Below, piece after piece: positions 1 to 13,971 of a stretch of DNA of 64,000 nucleotides. The stretch is taken from NCBI GenBank assembly GCA_964016885.1, contig OZ024740.1, positions 376,526,001 through 376,590,000 on the forward strand, read 5' to 3'. Position 1 is the stretch's first letter. Each line of letters starts with the position of its first letter. This DNA comes from Eledone cirrhosa (taxonomy: Eukaryota). The notes beneath the pieces were generated by a model. That model worked only from the letters and a program-made list of their open reading frames with translations. It ran no database searches and was not told where the DNA came from. The position numbers and the translations under genes were made by a program.

Positions 1-1259
1 CAGAAAGGCAGAGTATGAAATTGAAGAAAACCGTAACAAGAAAGCGAAGATCGAACACACCAATGACTAAAGCCGAGTAGAATGGAGAAGTAACATCTAC
101 GTCAAGAATGGAAAGAAAAATAGTATAAAGAACGTCTGCAGTCAGAGCACCTTTTAAGAATATTTAAATAGAAGTCATTTATGGAAAAGTGTTTTAATAA
201 ACCAAAGGAAAAACATCCTAAAATTCTTTAGTGTAGATATAAATAGAAATGCTCATTGAAAGCCTCTCATATAAAGACCCATACAAATAAATTTGCCGGT
301 GATTTGAAGGGATATACGCATTCATATAAGTAAGCCTATAAACGTACTTGCAAAAAATACATAAAATAAATACAGTATACACATGCTTGATTAAGTAGAG
401 TGAGCGTGAGAAATTAAATCCGAATCAAAAGAAATTTACGTACATATTCAATGATTTGCAACGGTGTGGTTTCCGCAACATGGATTAGATTTTCCTTGTG
501 TTTACAGCGGTCCATACCATCCATAAACACAATTTTGCTATGATCATCTTCAGATGTGAAATTCACGTAGATATATTTATTTCATCCATAAATTATTCAT
601 AGTAGAAATCTGCTCTTCATGCATCCTTTAAAACAACTAGCTGAAACTCTGTAAAGTCCAACTTAAGCTGACCATACTTTAGCTAGTAGCTAGGAATCAA
701 TTTTCTGCCATATAATAATATCCATTAGAATATTAAAATCATACAGTGAATTACTTCAAATTATAGAACATTAGAAGTTTACATATCCGCAACGTTTCCG
801 ACTTGAAAGAAAAGAATCATTAAATACACCCCCAGCCTTTGTTATATTCCTCAATACGTTCAACACTCTGATTCAACCTGCACGTCTCACACCGTGCTAT
901 AACTATATATAGATGATCACTGACTACAATCTCAAGATAGAATCAGATTTCAGCTTTTATTAGTGGCGGTCGCCTATTATGTTCGCTTGTATGTAATACG
1001 GACAAATATAAGTGAAGGCAACTTCCATTAAACATTTCAGCTGGATAAAAATAAGGCAGGTATTTATTAATGCATACATCATGTTCATGGTATAATATGA
1101 GCTGATCGCCATAACACCTTCCAGAAAATATCTGACCAGATTCAAAGTATATTAGATTATAACTTTTAAAATCAACTTATTCTATCAAAGCATGTTGATA
1201 ATATGCATTCACTTGTTGTTTTTATTTATATATATATACTTCGTTTTGTTAAATGTAAT

Positions 1260-1934
1260 TTTAAACATCAGTGCTGCAAAAACGGAGACACTCGTCCTCG
1301 CAAGGAAGCCTGGGCAGTGTAAGCTACATATGAATCGAGTTCCACTGAATCAAGCTTTGAAGTTCACGTATCGAGTGATGGAAGGCAGGAGGCCTAATTA
1401 GATGAACGAATTGCAGGATCTGGTGAAGCAATGCGCCAGCTTCAACATTCGGTAATCAGAAGAAGGGAGGTAGGTGTAAAAGCGAAACTCGCTATCTTCA
1501 ATTTAGTATTCGTGCCTACTCTTATTTATGGTCATGAATTTTGGGTATTGACCGAATGAATACGATCACGAATGGAAGCGGCGGAAATGGGGTTCCTCCG
1601 AAGGATACCTGGAGTAACATAACTCGATAAGAGCGTAGCTCGGACATCAGAGATTCACTCCAGATAGAACCACCACCTCTCCGAAATCAGAAATCACAAC
1701 TCCGATACTATGATCATGTGTCTCAGTAAACAATCACTGAACAGATTCTCCAGGCAACACCAACCGGCAGGAGACTCGAAGGTTGACACCGAGCAATATG
1801 GTTGAATAACACATCCATGATCTTGGTTGGTCTCTCTCGGATATCCAACTGAATCAGTTGGAGACAGTTGCTTCTGACAGAACCCACTGGTAGGAGCGTT
1901 TGAGGACTCTTCCTTCATGACTTTCTAAATATGT
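1260..1934 (+). mobile_element. 5'-truncated, degenerate RTE-clade LINE 3' end
   Basis: Broken translation LNISAAKTETLVLARKP...KLAIFNLVFVPTLIYGHEFWVLTE*IRSRMEAAEMGFLRRIPGVT matches the RTE post-RT region; it is followed directly by a (GAA)n tail. Confidence 0.8.
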
Positions 1935-2051
1935 GAAGAAGAAGAAGAAGAAGAAGAAGAAGAAGAAGAAGAAGAAGAAGAAGAAGAAGAAGAAGAAGAA
2001 GAAGAAGAAGAAGAAGAAGAAGAAGAAGAAGAAGAAGAAGAAGAAGAAGAA
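1935..2051 (+). repeat. (GAA)n microsatellite, probably the expanded RTE tail
   Basis: Pure gaa run of about 117 nt at the RTE 3' end. Confidence 0.95.
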
Positions 2052-2324
2052 TGCTAATCTCTCGGACTCGAATTGAGAGAAACATTGTTATTCAGGTTAA
2101 TCTCATTTATTTACGAAGAGTTTACCTTTGGGAAACGAACGAGCCCTATAAACTAGATTTTGTAATTAACACTTTAAGTTAACGGATCATTCTTTAATGA
2201 TATATCTGTCTGCCTGTTTGCAGGTGTTAACAGTTGTAACGCATGATACATATTCGCAAATCGTGGACAAAGAAAGTAATGAGCTCCAACTAAATGTACT
2301 CTTATTATTAGCGGAATCTTAGGA

Positions 2325-2536
2325 CGGTGGGTTGGCAGTATCAGTAAAGAGTCGGACACCATGCTTTGCACCATAGAGTTACGGCCATTTACGGTCTGAG
2401 TTCAAATCCTGCTGAGGTTAATTTGCCTTTCATCGTTACGGGGTCGATAAAATAAAGTACCAGTCACGCACTGGGCCCGATTTAATCGACTTTCAAAAAA
2501 TTGTAGAAAATTGTAAAAAAGTAGAAATAATTATTA
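2325..2536 (+). mobile_element. tRNA-derived SINE
   Basis: A-box tggcagtatcag, B-box gagttcaaatcc, conserved gcctttcatc..cggggtcgataaaataaagtaccagt domain, gtagaaataattatt tail; many copies in the window. Confidence 0.85.
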
Positions 2537-2552
2537 GCAGGGATCTTGAGAA

Positions 2553-2752
2553 CGGGGCCTTGGAAGTATCGGCTGAGTGGCGAACAACGTGCTTGGAGAC
2601 ATATAATTACGTCCTTTATATTCTGAGTTCAAATCCCGCTGTGGTTAGCTTCCTTATTGAGTCATAAAATAAAATACCAATAACGCACTGGAATTGATTT
2701 AATCAACTTTAACCTTCCCCCAAAAATTGTTGGCCTTGTTAAACCATTATTA
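2553..2752 (+). mobile_element. tRNA-derived SINE, diverged tandem copy
   Basis: gagttcaaatcccg B-box and degenerate central and tail motifs (ttggccttgt). Confidence 0.7.
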
Positions 2753-3204
2753 GTGTCATGTTGGAGAGTGGAAAGTAAAGGATATTCCATAGTTCACGTT
2801 TAACCAGGAGCTCTTGCATCTATTGATTTAATAAGTTGATAAAACAGTGTAGATATAACCACTCAACAAACAAATATCAGATTAATTTAAAATTCTATGG
2901 TCATTCCACTTAGCTTGCGTAAATAATGCTTGTACAAGTTCTCCTTCGTTGTATATCGTTGACATTTACAAGAACCAGGACTGGAATAAGCCGTTAAACT
3001 TAATACTGATTAATCCTCAAGAGATGTCAATATTTCTTAGAAAATAAATTGTTTAAATAGATTCTGAATAACACTATTCACACAGAAACCAGTTACACCT
3101 TATTTAACTATCGTGTGAGACATGAAATTATATATATATATATATGTGTGTGTGGGTGGGTCTCTGTGTGTGTGGGTGTGCGTGTGTGTGTGTTTGTGAA
3201 TGTG

Positions 3205-3355
3205 TGTGTGAATGAAGGCAGTAAAACCCAGTTAGATCAATAATCACCAAAGTACACGATACTTGGGGTAGTAGCGTGGATAACATGAAGGTTTCGGGAC
3301 CCCGATGCCTGAGCTCCTGCCGTTTCAACAGCTAGATCCGAACGTCAAAGTGTTC
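3205..3355 (-). mobile_element. PLE 3'-terminal fragment with the 3' half of an HHR (subfamily of 31506-31613)
   Basis: Minus strand gttcggatctagctgttGAAAcggcaggagctcaggcatcggggtccc...ctactaccccaagtatcgtgtactttggtg aligns with 31557-31613 and with the 8785-8923 family. Confidence 0.65.
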
Positions 3356-3377
3356 ATATATATATATATATATATAT

Positions 3378-3494
3378 ATCAAAAGTATATATTGAGTTAA
3401 AACTCAGAATAGTCTCTTACAATTAAAATAGCTTAAAGATAAAATTTCCGAGCCGTATAATATACTTTAATATAATAAAGAGTGATAAACACAG

Positions 3495-3551
<57 letters not shown>

Positions 3552-4200
3552 CAAATCATGAGGGACCAAATTCGCTAGGGTGAATAATATCCTAACTATG
3601 AACAGTACAGTTTGCCAGACTCAATTAAAAGAATAAATTAAGAAAAAGTACAAACTCATAGTGATAACTATCAAACATCCAGTCAGTCTTTGGTAAAACT
3701 GTTTCGCATCAAGTGAGGGAATTACCAATTCTATTGCTCTTCAGTGGATGTAAAAATTAGTAGACCATTCACTTAGAAGACTAAATGAAGCGCGTCTTTA
3801 GAATGCACATGGTATTCAGAGTCTAGCGTGTCTCGTAAAACGTATACTGCTAGAAATAGCAGCCTGGTTCACTCGCCAATTATTAAGCTTTACAAAATTC
3901 AACGAGCCGTATTTATCAAAAGTATATATTGAGTCAGAAACTCAGAATAGTCCCTTATAATTAAAATAGCTCAAGGAAAACATTTTCCGAGTCGTATAAT
4001 ACACTTTAATATAATAAAGTGAGATAAACACAGATATATACATATATGTGTTCAAATCATAAGGGACCAGGTTCGCTAGGGTGAATAATATACTAACTGT
4101 GAACAATACGGTTTTCCAGACACAATTAAATAAATAAATTAATGATTTGAACACATATATGTATATATCTGTGTTTATCTCTCTTTATCATATTAAAGTG
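3378..4200 (-). repeat. Partial tandem (~540 bp period) non-coding repeat with an HHR and a short terminal inversion (pLTR- or retrozyme-like)
   Basis: 3378-3640 is repeated at 3915-4145; 4155-4200 is an inverted copy of ~4001-4048; an HHR lies between the direct copies. Confidence 0.7.
3676..3750 (-). ncRNA. Type I hammerhead ribozyme motif, cleavage triplet mutated
   Basis: catcca CTGAAGA gca...tgc GAAA cagtttt acc aaagactg AC tggatg: 6-bp stem I, 7-bp stem III, GAC where GUH is expected. Confidence 0.8.
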
Positions 4201-4379
4201 TGGCAGTTTCGGTAGAGGGTCGGACGCCATGCTTTGACGCATAGAGTTACGGCCCTTGCCATTCTGAGTTCAAATCCCGTCGAGGTTAACTTTGCCTTTC
4301 ATCTTAGGGGGTCGATAAAATAAAGTGTCAGTAATGCACTGGTGAATTGCTGGCATTGTGCAAAAGTAGAAACAATTAT
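4200..4379 (+). mobile_element. tRNA-derived SINE
   Basis: tggcagtttcggtagagggtcggacgccatgc...ctgagttcaaatcccgtcgaggttaactttgcctttcatc...gtagaaacaattat. Confidence 0.9.
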
Positions 4380-4420
4380 ATATACATATATATATATATA
4401 TATAGATATATATATAGATG

Positions 4421-4455
<35 letters not shown>

Positions 4456-5228
4456 GTTGGAATTGTTATAATTACATGGGCCTTTGAAAACTGCCTGCAG
4501 TAGGATTTGAATTTAGTACGTAAAGGGCTGTAACTAAATATGTTGCCCGATGCTCCGACGATTCTGGAGTTGTACCGCTCTAATTGATCTCTTTGTGTTA
4601 AAATAAAATTCCTGTTGATGGCCTGAAATCATTTATAAATATGAAGTTAAAGAAAGTTTGAATAGAATTTTTCACAGGTAACTAAATTAATCCGTTATTG
4701 TCTAAGGCAAAGGTTCTCAGCTCATTTCAGCCAAAAGCCCCATTTGCCTCTCGAAATCACGAAACGCCCCCTACCCTATTTTTCCATTTTTCAATATACT
4801 ACTGATTTTTATATCAGTAGATTACTGGGCCAAATCAAGTTATGTTAGAATCTTTAAAAAAATCTTTAAAACATACTCGTACGAATTAAATACTAAAAAG
4901 TTATAGTGCAAAAATATTTCAAATTATATATTTTTGAAAAACAGACGTGAATGTTCTCAAAGGTTTGATCTCAGTCGAAAAAGCTTCTTTTTTTTTTAAA
5001 TTCTGAATTTCACTGTTAGATGTTGTAATATTTTGAGTGGATAGACAATTCTACAATTCAAACTGAAAAGTCAAAATACAAAAGATGCTAAATATGAAGA
5101 ATTTCTTACCTTTCTCTGGAATCATAAACTCAAGGGAAAAATAGTACCTTGCAAAATAAAGTGCCTCGATCTTAGTGCAACGAATGAATTGAGAGGCTTA
5201 GTGACAGTGAGCAAACAATATATGTATC

Positions 5229-5284
<56 letters not shown>

Positions 5285-5429
5285 TTGTTAAACAATATTC
5301 AATGATTATGTCAAAGAATGAGTATTACAGTAGATTGGAAGCACTCAACGTTAAAAAAAATAATTTTCTGGAGTTATTAATATTAAAATATAAGTATTAA
5401 TAAAATAGACGTTCTTTTGATCAATTACA

Positions 5430-5480
5430 TTTTATTATACATATTTTGGATGTACAACAGTACGTCCTCATCAGACAAAA
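5430..5480 (-). ncRNA. Degenerate type I HHR in a TA-flanked non-coding repeat (~5281-5760)
   Basis: ttttgt CTGATGA ggacgtac tgtt gtacatcc AAAA ta tg ta TA ataaaa: stems I and II pair, GAAA is changed to AAAA; a related relic lies at 23190-23240. Confidence 0.7.
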
Positions 5481-5883
5481 TATAATGATACATGACATAC
5501 CCTGAGATGTTAAATGGTTAAGATTTAATCAAGGTAGTGATTAACCCGATAGAAAATTTTGCTTATATCCTATTTATGTGAAAGTGCGAAAACGTAATAA
5601 ATTGATTAGAGAATGTGTGAGTAAGAAAACTATACTTTCGATCTCTTATTTATTTATTTATTTATTTACTTATTTATAATATAATGTATTATAATATATA
5701 TGTAGTCATATATTGTATTTTATATATGTTTAAATATTTTTAAATATACCTACCACATTTCTATATATATGATTCAAATATAGAGAAAATATCCAAACAT
5801 AAAAATTATTATATACATTATTTTGAACTCTATATTACACATGCACTCATTGTTTGTTTTTCTTATATGTATATATATATATA

Positions 5884-7893
5884 AGAGGGTGTTAAAGTTT
5901 GCTTGAAGCATTGTGAAATGTGTAAAATACGTAGTTAAGAAAGCCACAACAATGCAGAGGGAAATCTCGAGGTAGGAGGTGAATGATAGATAGGAGAAAC
6001 AGGTGAAAGTGAAAATTGAGAGAGACAAAGATGAAAACAAAACAAAGGTAGAAGGGTTACCGTAGTGGAGATTTAATCCCAATATTTCGGGCTCACGCCC
6101 ATCAACGGGGGAAAGTTCCAAAGGGGGGGAACAGGCCAAGCGGAGAAAGTTGTGATGTCGTTAAGACAGGAATGCCGTTATGGGGAGAAAATTATTTAAA
6201 ATTTAAACGAGGGAAAGAATGCGCGTGCGCGTGATAGGCTGTGGTAAAAGCTACTGATCAAATGGGTTAAATCAAGAGGGTGCGCTAGCGTGTGAAAGCC
6301 GTAAAATATGTGTGTGTAAATATATATGTGTGTGTAACTGTGTGTGTATAAGTGTAAGTGTGTATATGTGTGAGTGTGTGTGTGTGTGAAAGATAGTGGG
6401 CTGTAGAAGCTGGAAATCAAAGGGTGTGAAAGGTGGTAGGTTGTAAAACACGTGTGCGTGTATAAATATAGATGTGTGTGTGTAAGCGTATGGGTATACA
6501 TGTGTGTGTAACTGTGTGTGTATATGTGTGAGTGCGTGTGTGTGTGAAAGATAGTGGGCTGTAGAAGCTGGAAATCAAAGGGTGTGAAAGGTGGTAGGTT
6601 GTAAAAACATGTGTGCGTGTATAAATATAGATGTGTGTGTGTATGCGTATGGGTATGCATATACGTGCGTGTGTGTGAAGATAGCAGGCCGTAGGCTGTG
6701 AATGGTCACTATGGTTAAGTTAGCCATGTTAGCTCATTTCTCTCAGCCGGTTGTTAAGTGGGGGTCTGAGGTTCTTAATAACAAGTGCTTCCTTTATCCT
6801 TAAGGATCCGATGCTGCGTTCAGTCGCTAGGACTGTGACCAAGGGTCTACCCTGTGGGTTTCCGCATTTAAGGATGTGTTTACGGAAGGAAGATGCGTTG
6901 GTGTTGATATGTTCCTTGATACGAACATGTAGGGGTCGGATGGTGCTACCTATGTAAAACTTGTTACATTTATCGCATTGAATCTTATATACGACATAGG
7001 TGCGTAGGCAATCTGCCCCCCGTATCGGGCAGTTGCTGAGGGAACACGTCCCATCTGACTCGTCGGGTTTGTTGGAGAGGCATCTGCGCAGCGAAGGTCC
7101 TGTGTGGGCCAAATGTATGTCAAGTCCCTCCGTCCGTATGGCCCTGCGGATGGCGTTCGTTGTATATTCACTCAGGTGGGGGATTTTAAAGAAGCACCTG
7201 CTTTTATTTAAGTTTCTAGTGGGTGTCTGTCTATTGGGTCTGGGGTCTCTAATTCCGTTAATCAGTCGCTTGGGATAACCATTAGATCTGAGTAGATTAC
7301 GGAATTGCGTGGTATGGGTGAGACCACCCATCGGGTTGCTGCATCTATTAGTGATCCGTGTCAGTTCATTTAGGACATAGCCTCTCTTAGCGTTGTTGGG
7401 GAGGGCTGAGTTGTAATGCACAAATAAGTCCTTGCACGCTGCTTTGCGGTAGAAGGTGGTGTTTATGTCTCCTTCTTCCGAGATGTTGATACGGAAGTCG
7501 AGGAGGGTGAGTGACCCGTCTTCTCCTGGGTGTTCGATGGTGAAATCGATGTGATGGTCAGTATCGTTGATGCCACAGCCTATCACGCGCACGCGCATTC
7601 TTTCCCTCGTTTAAATTTTAAATAATTTTCTCCCCATAACGGCATTCCTGACTTTACGACATCACAACTTTCTCCGTTTGGCCTGTTCCCCCCTTTGGAA
7701 CTTTCCCCCGTTGATGTGCGTGAGCCCGAAATATTGGGATTAAATCTCCACTACGGTAACCCTTCTACCTTTGTTTTGTTTTCATCTTTGTCTCTCTCAA
7801 TTTTCACTTTCACCTGTTTCTCGTATCTATCATTCACCTCCTACCTCGAGATTTCCCTCTGCATTGTTGTGGCTTTCTTAACTACGTATTTTA
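5884..7893 (-). mobile_element. Penelope-like element, 5'-truncated, with an inverted copy of its 3' end
   Basis: Thumb plus GIY-YIG ORF; arms 5923-6244 and 7573-7893 are inverted repeats (~320 bp); flanked by (TA)n; ~158-bp tandem repeats in the 3' UTR (6300-6690). Confidence 0.92.
6729..7572 (-). CDS. PLE RT thumb + Cys linker + GIY-YIG endonuclease (5'-truncated)
   Basis: IDFTIEH...LTLLD, FYRK..KDLFVHYNSALP, CSLSNCPIRGADC, YVVYKIQCDKCNKFYIGSTIRPLHVRIKEH, IKEALVIKNLRPPLN. The MRVRVIGCG start of the ORF-track entry comes from the inverted arm. Confidence 0.9.
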
Positions 7894-8069
7894 TATATAT
7901 ATAAATTTAAATGTAACACGTGGATAAGTGTGTTTGGTACAGGTCTATATATTTATCTATCTATCTATCTATCTCTCCAAGAGAGGGGTCAAACATGCGG
8001 CCCGCGAACTACTTTTCTATGGCCCGTGGTAGAACCAATATTTCAGATTCCATTATAACTGACGAAAAT

Positions 8070-8286
8070 AGGCGGTGAGCTGGTAGAATCGTTAATACAT
8101 CTGGCGAAATGCTTAGCAGTACTTCTTCCGTTTTTACGTTCCGAGTTCGAATGCCCCCAATCTCAACTTTGTCTATAATCCTTTTGAGGTCGATAAATTA
8201 ACTACCAGTAATGAACTGGGATAGATGTAATTGACGGGACCCTGAACCCCAAATCCATGCCTTGTGCCTATAGTAGAAATGATTAT
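8070..8286 (+). mobile_element. tRNA-derived SINE (second subfamily)
   Basis: ggcggtgagctggtagaatcgtt...gaaatgcttagc...gagttcgaat...gaggtcgataaattaactaccagt...ccttgtgcctatagtagaaatgatt. Confidence 0.85.
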
Positions 8287-8382
8287 AACTGGTGAAAATC
8301 ATCACCCACCACCACATTTGGCCCACTGTCCCTCTCCTCCGGGACGTAATGGCCCATCTGTCCTTGAATTTGAGACCCATCT

Positions 8383-8461
<79 letters not shown>

Positions 8462-8463
<2 letters not shown>

Positions 8464-8715
8464 TTTACTTTTTTCTGTCTCCTGACTACGCCCATGCTGG
8501 AGCATCACCTTGGTAAGTTATGGGGACGTCAACAAACCCAAAAGCATTGGTGGGAGGGCAAACACAAACACACACACACAGACATATATCCATATATACG
8601 ACACACTTCTTTTAGTTTCGGTCTATCAAATCCACTTACAGGGCTTTGGTCACCCTAAGCAGTGGGACTGAACCCGGAAAAGTGTGGTTGGGAAGTAAGC
8701 TTCTTGTCACACTAC
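8462..8715 (-). mobile_element. SINE of a different family
   Basis: Minus strand has a pol III-like head (aagcttacttcccaaccacac...gggttcagtcccactg) and tail (gatgctccagcatgggcgtagtc); a similar tail is at 55260-55340. Confidence 0.65.
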
Positions 8716-8728
8716 TCATATATATATA

Positions 8729-9100
<372 letters not shown>

Positions 9101-9107
9101 CATACAA

Positions 9108-9516
<409 letters not shown>

Positions 9517-9874
9517 GAAAAATTGACAATGAAAATAAAAAGAACAAGGCCAAGTTACTTCATAACTTTGTTTTATTTTGTTGTTTTTATTTTTATTGTT
9601 AATTTAATACCTAATATCTGACTCTGTTCTAAAGACCTAAATCATACATACATTTGCGTACGTATATAGCTATGCATTTATACATTTGTATATATAGATG
9701 CATTTTTACTTGTGTAAGGATGTGGACATGATTTATGTTTTTTTGGTAAGGAGAGAATTTTGTCTGCAGATTTTATTAACTTGGGAGATTAAATATCACA
9801 GCATTTTAACCTCATCAAACACCAACGCCGGCCTGTATATGCATGTATGTATGTATGTATGTATGTATGTATCA

Positions 9875-10478
9875 GGTCACCAGTTGGTGCTACTGGTAAC
9901 ATGTATCCCAGTACAACCTGTCTCATGATCGGGTCGTTGGCGACTAAACTGGCAACCCACCAAGGTTTCTTGGTGAGGAGGGTGACTTTGAACATCCTGC
10001 AGGAATAAAGACAAAACCTGTCAAAGGGCAAATGAGCTCTTAAGAGTCAATGGCCATCCAAAATCACCGGGAGAGATGACCCCTTAGCCTTTATCAAGGA
10101 AGAATTCTAGGAGAAGGAAAACTCTGATATAACACCTGCAACTCTGATGGTATCCAATGATGTTGACTTGTTCTTCTTTTCGGTAAATATCATCTTGGTT
10201 AAGAGAGTGGGACTGGTTTTGTGCAGTGCCTTTGCTCACTATAAAAGCTTCACGGCACAGGCATTGCTTTATATCTGGAGATCTCTCTGCACTTGTCGTC
10301 ACATGGTACGATGGGCCCAACACTATGTGTCAATAATTGTCACAAGTTTAGTGTTTATACCAGAGTTTTCAAGTCGCTGGCTGGACTAAAAAGTCACACT
10401 CGTTCAGCACATCGGTAGGGGTTCTCCTACATGGATATAAAGTAGTGGCCGTACTCGAAAACGAGTTGGCAGCCACCA
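9875..10478 (+). mobile_element. Interspersed repeat, possibly LINE 5'-UTR-derived and non-autonomous
   Basis: 10071-10463 is nearly identical to 43686-44078; contains an aaggaaaactctgatataacacc motif; bounded by (TATG)n. Confidence 0.6.
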
Positions 10479-11064
10479 TGTATGTATGTATGTACGTATG
10501 CATGTGTGTGTATGATTGTATGTATCATTGTATGTATGTATATATGTATACACCCTCAGCTTTCATACCATTGCTTCTTTTTCTTGTCGTTTCTGTTGTT
10601 CTTGTAACTGGTGTCATAGTTGTCGTTGTCCTTATTTTCATTTTCTTTGATTTCTTTAGTTTTTCTTTTATCTCCCTAGGGAATTGGTTGACAAGCCTCT
10701 TTCATTTATTTTCTTCGTTTTCTTCATTCAAACTGGCTGTCACACTGGCTGTCTCAGAGTCGTACAACAATGGCTTATAACACTTACCAAAGTAAAGAGC
10801 CTTCACTGCCCCCAAAGCTTTACACGCCGCCCTAACGCCCCCTTGCTCCAACCCCCCCACACACACATCCACACACACACACACCCCGCTGGGGGAGGGG
10901 GGGGGGTATATTCCCCCAGTTGGGAACATTTGGTCTAAGCCATTACATTATGTATCGATTTTGATAATCTCTCCATTATGTACAATATAGCGTTTTCTAT
11001 ATATTTCAAATTCGTCTGGGAAGGCATGACGACACTTATTAATGATATTTAGTCCTTTGTAAAA

Positions 11065-11099
<35 letters not shown>

Positions 11100-11563
11100 T
11101 GATAAATATGTCTATGTATGTATGTGCGTGTGTGCGTGTGCATGTGTGTGTCTGTGTGCATGTGTATGTTTATTTCTGTGTGTGTGGTGATCTTCCACAG
11201 TCAAGAAGAGATAAACAGCGTATGTAAATACACACCAACACACACAGATCACACACATACACGCACTCATACACACACACATACACACATCAGTTCTGCA
11301 TCTGTCTTGATATGAAAATCATATGCATCCTTTCTCTACCAAAACAGACACCGGACAGAGATTTCAGAAGTTCATTAACTACAGGGAATGATTCACATTG
11401 TTAAGGAAACTATTTGACTGAATCGTGCCAGTTGCTGAGAATATAGTAATGATTTGTAGTACCCACATTTATTCTATTGAAACGGAGCATAATTCCATTC
11501 TTCCAGTCCTTGGGAACTGCACCTTCACTTTAATCTACACTAAGTTCCTTGAAAATGTCATAC

Positions 11564-11785
11564 GTCAACCACCAAAGCGTACGAAATAAGCGCAGTTTCC
11601 ATTTTCATTAGCAGCCTACATAGAATGCTTATACGTTTTGCCGTTGTTACCTCATCTATTGGGGATGCAACGTCCAGGTAGCTGACAACAGAATTTTCTT
11701 CATTGGTACTAATTACTGTATCATTCACAACAAACCCACGGTTTAACAGTTCAGACAATTTGTTCCATTCAGTAACCCGCGACAT
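11564..11785 (-). pseudogene. Candidate 222-nt host exon (unknown product)
   Basis: Bounded by aacag| and |gtatga, open in phase 0 (MSRVTEWNKLSELLNRGFVVNDTVIST...ALVVD), unique non-repeat sequence; neighbouring segments look coding but contain stops. Confidence 0.3.
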
Positions 11786-13048
11786 CTGTTCATATTATAA
11801 ACACAATTGAAACATTATTAGAAAAAAAAAGCCGATGTTGAAGATGTAGGTATATATGCTTAACCCATTCGACCAGGAAGCGTCTTACGTTCATTAGTAT
11901 CTGTAGCCACTTTAATGCAATGAAGAAAATCCTGCTATCAGTGAGCCTCGCGAGGTGGAATGGCCCTTACAGCGCATTTCCCTATCCATCTCCCGGGGAA
12001 ACACCTTCTCCATTCTGTCCGCCGGGGCTGTGGGGAGGCCAGCACGTGGGTCCCCATTTGCTCACCATACGGAGAGATGGGGAGCGCCAGACAGATAGAG
12101 GGATGACAGTGGGAGTTCGGCTGTTCTTTCATGTTTGCTTAGGATACAATTGCACTGTGATAGAAATTCTTATATTATTAGTCTGTGTGGTTTTTTTTCT
12201 GTTGAGATTATATATTATCGCAATGATTAAGTACTAGAACCTGCTACAGCCCTTGCAGCCCACATCAGAATTGCTCTTTGGAAGCATGAGTTTCTCAACC
12301 TCAGTATAATTTCTATCAAAAGGAATTACTATGATTGGCTATATCATAACCGTATTTAAGAAACACAATTAATCTGTTCCCAGGTTGTCATATATTTGAG
12401 GCTAGATAAACGGTTCTGAAATTCCTTTCTTAGAACAGGATCGTTTATATATTGTTGATTTTCAGCTATATATCGCAGCTAAAATTTTCATTGGTATTCG
12501 TCAGGTTACGAGCATTTATAATCCATTTTATAGAGATAAGCTCTTCAAATTTCTTTTGCTTTCCAGAGCAAACTGCAAAGCCACAACAATTATCACTGCG
12601 CACAGATTTTCATTTACTCGCTTAGTAAAAGCTTTATCCACCTCCGATCTACTCAAGCTAATATTTGCGCTCCAATTGAATTTATGAAGGATAGATAAAG
12701 ATTATATTATATGGATAACGGTGTCAAATGAATGCATCGCCTGTAAATTAAACTGATCACTTTTGCTGTATTCCATATTTTAGTTCATATATATATATAT
12801 ATGCAAAAGTTCTATTTAAATTGTTGGGATACAACAAGCAAATATTTTTATAACTGATATAAAGTACTCAACAAGTATTTGGAGTAAACATACGATATTA
12901 ACAAATGGAAACTATATTTATAAAACCATATTTATTTCATTATACATATTTCAAGGACACCAAGTTAAATTATGGTGTATATATATATGTGTGTGTGTGT
13001 TGTGTATGGGTGCATGAGTATATGCGGGTATGTATATATGTATGTATG

Positions 13049-13201
<153 letters not shown>

Positions 13202-13404
13202 GTATAAGTATGTAAGTATAGGTGGGTAAAAATATGTACATATGATGCATGGGTGTATATATATATATATATATATATTTATGCATACCTCCCTCTCATG
13301 TAGGTATGTAAGCTCATATAGGTCTGCACCTTGAGAATCATGAAAATATCTACATGTATGCATGTGTATAGGTGTATATATATATAGGTATGTATGTGTG
13401 TATG

Positions 13405-13454
<50 letters not shown>

Positions 13455-13781
13455 GTGTGTGTGTGTATATTTTTTGTGGGTATGTATATATATATATTCA
13501 TATATATATATACATGAATGTGGATGATTTACTTTATACTTATTATTTATTCGAAGAATAGCTTTGCCCTTCTATTAATGCAGTTTATACTATTAGTTTC
13601 TTCATAACTAGAGCTTCTCTTAGTTATTCATATGTTATTACTAATTTAAGCTTCCAAATTGTTGTATTGTTTTTATTAATATATTATATTAATGTTAATC
13701 GTATATTTTTTCTTACTTCAATTAATAAGTATTATCAAAATGATATGCTCTAGTTTTATACCTATAACATTATTTTAGTAC

Positions 13782-13971
13782 GGGCGGCGGATTAGCAGTA
13801 TCGGTGGAGCGGCGAACAACATAATTTCGGGCATAGAATTATAGCCCTTTACGTTATGAATTCAAATCCAGCCGAGGTTAGCTTTTCATGCTTACGGGGG
13901 CGATCAAATAAAGTGCCAATAATGCACTGGAGTAATTGCTGGCCTTGTGCCTAAAGTAGGAATAATTATTA
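13782..13971 (+). mobile_element. tRNA-derived SINE
   Basis: gggcggcggattagcagtatcgg...ttcaaatccagccgaggttagc...ggccttgtgcctaaagtagg. Confidence 0.8.

Noticed and set aside
2325-2420. A-box/B-box motifs as tRNA genes
   Set aside because: No cloverleaf, and they are always followed by the SINE body.
5774-7904. Paired hydrophobic ORFs 5774-6139 and 7695-7904 resembling a membrane peptide
   Set aside because: They are the two inverted arms of a PLE 3' UTR; the hydrophobicity comes from pyrimidine-rich sequence.
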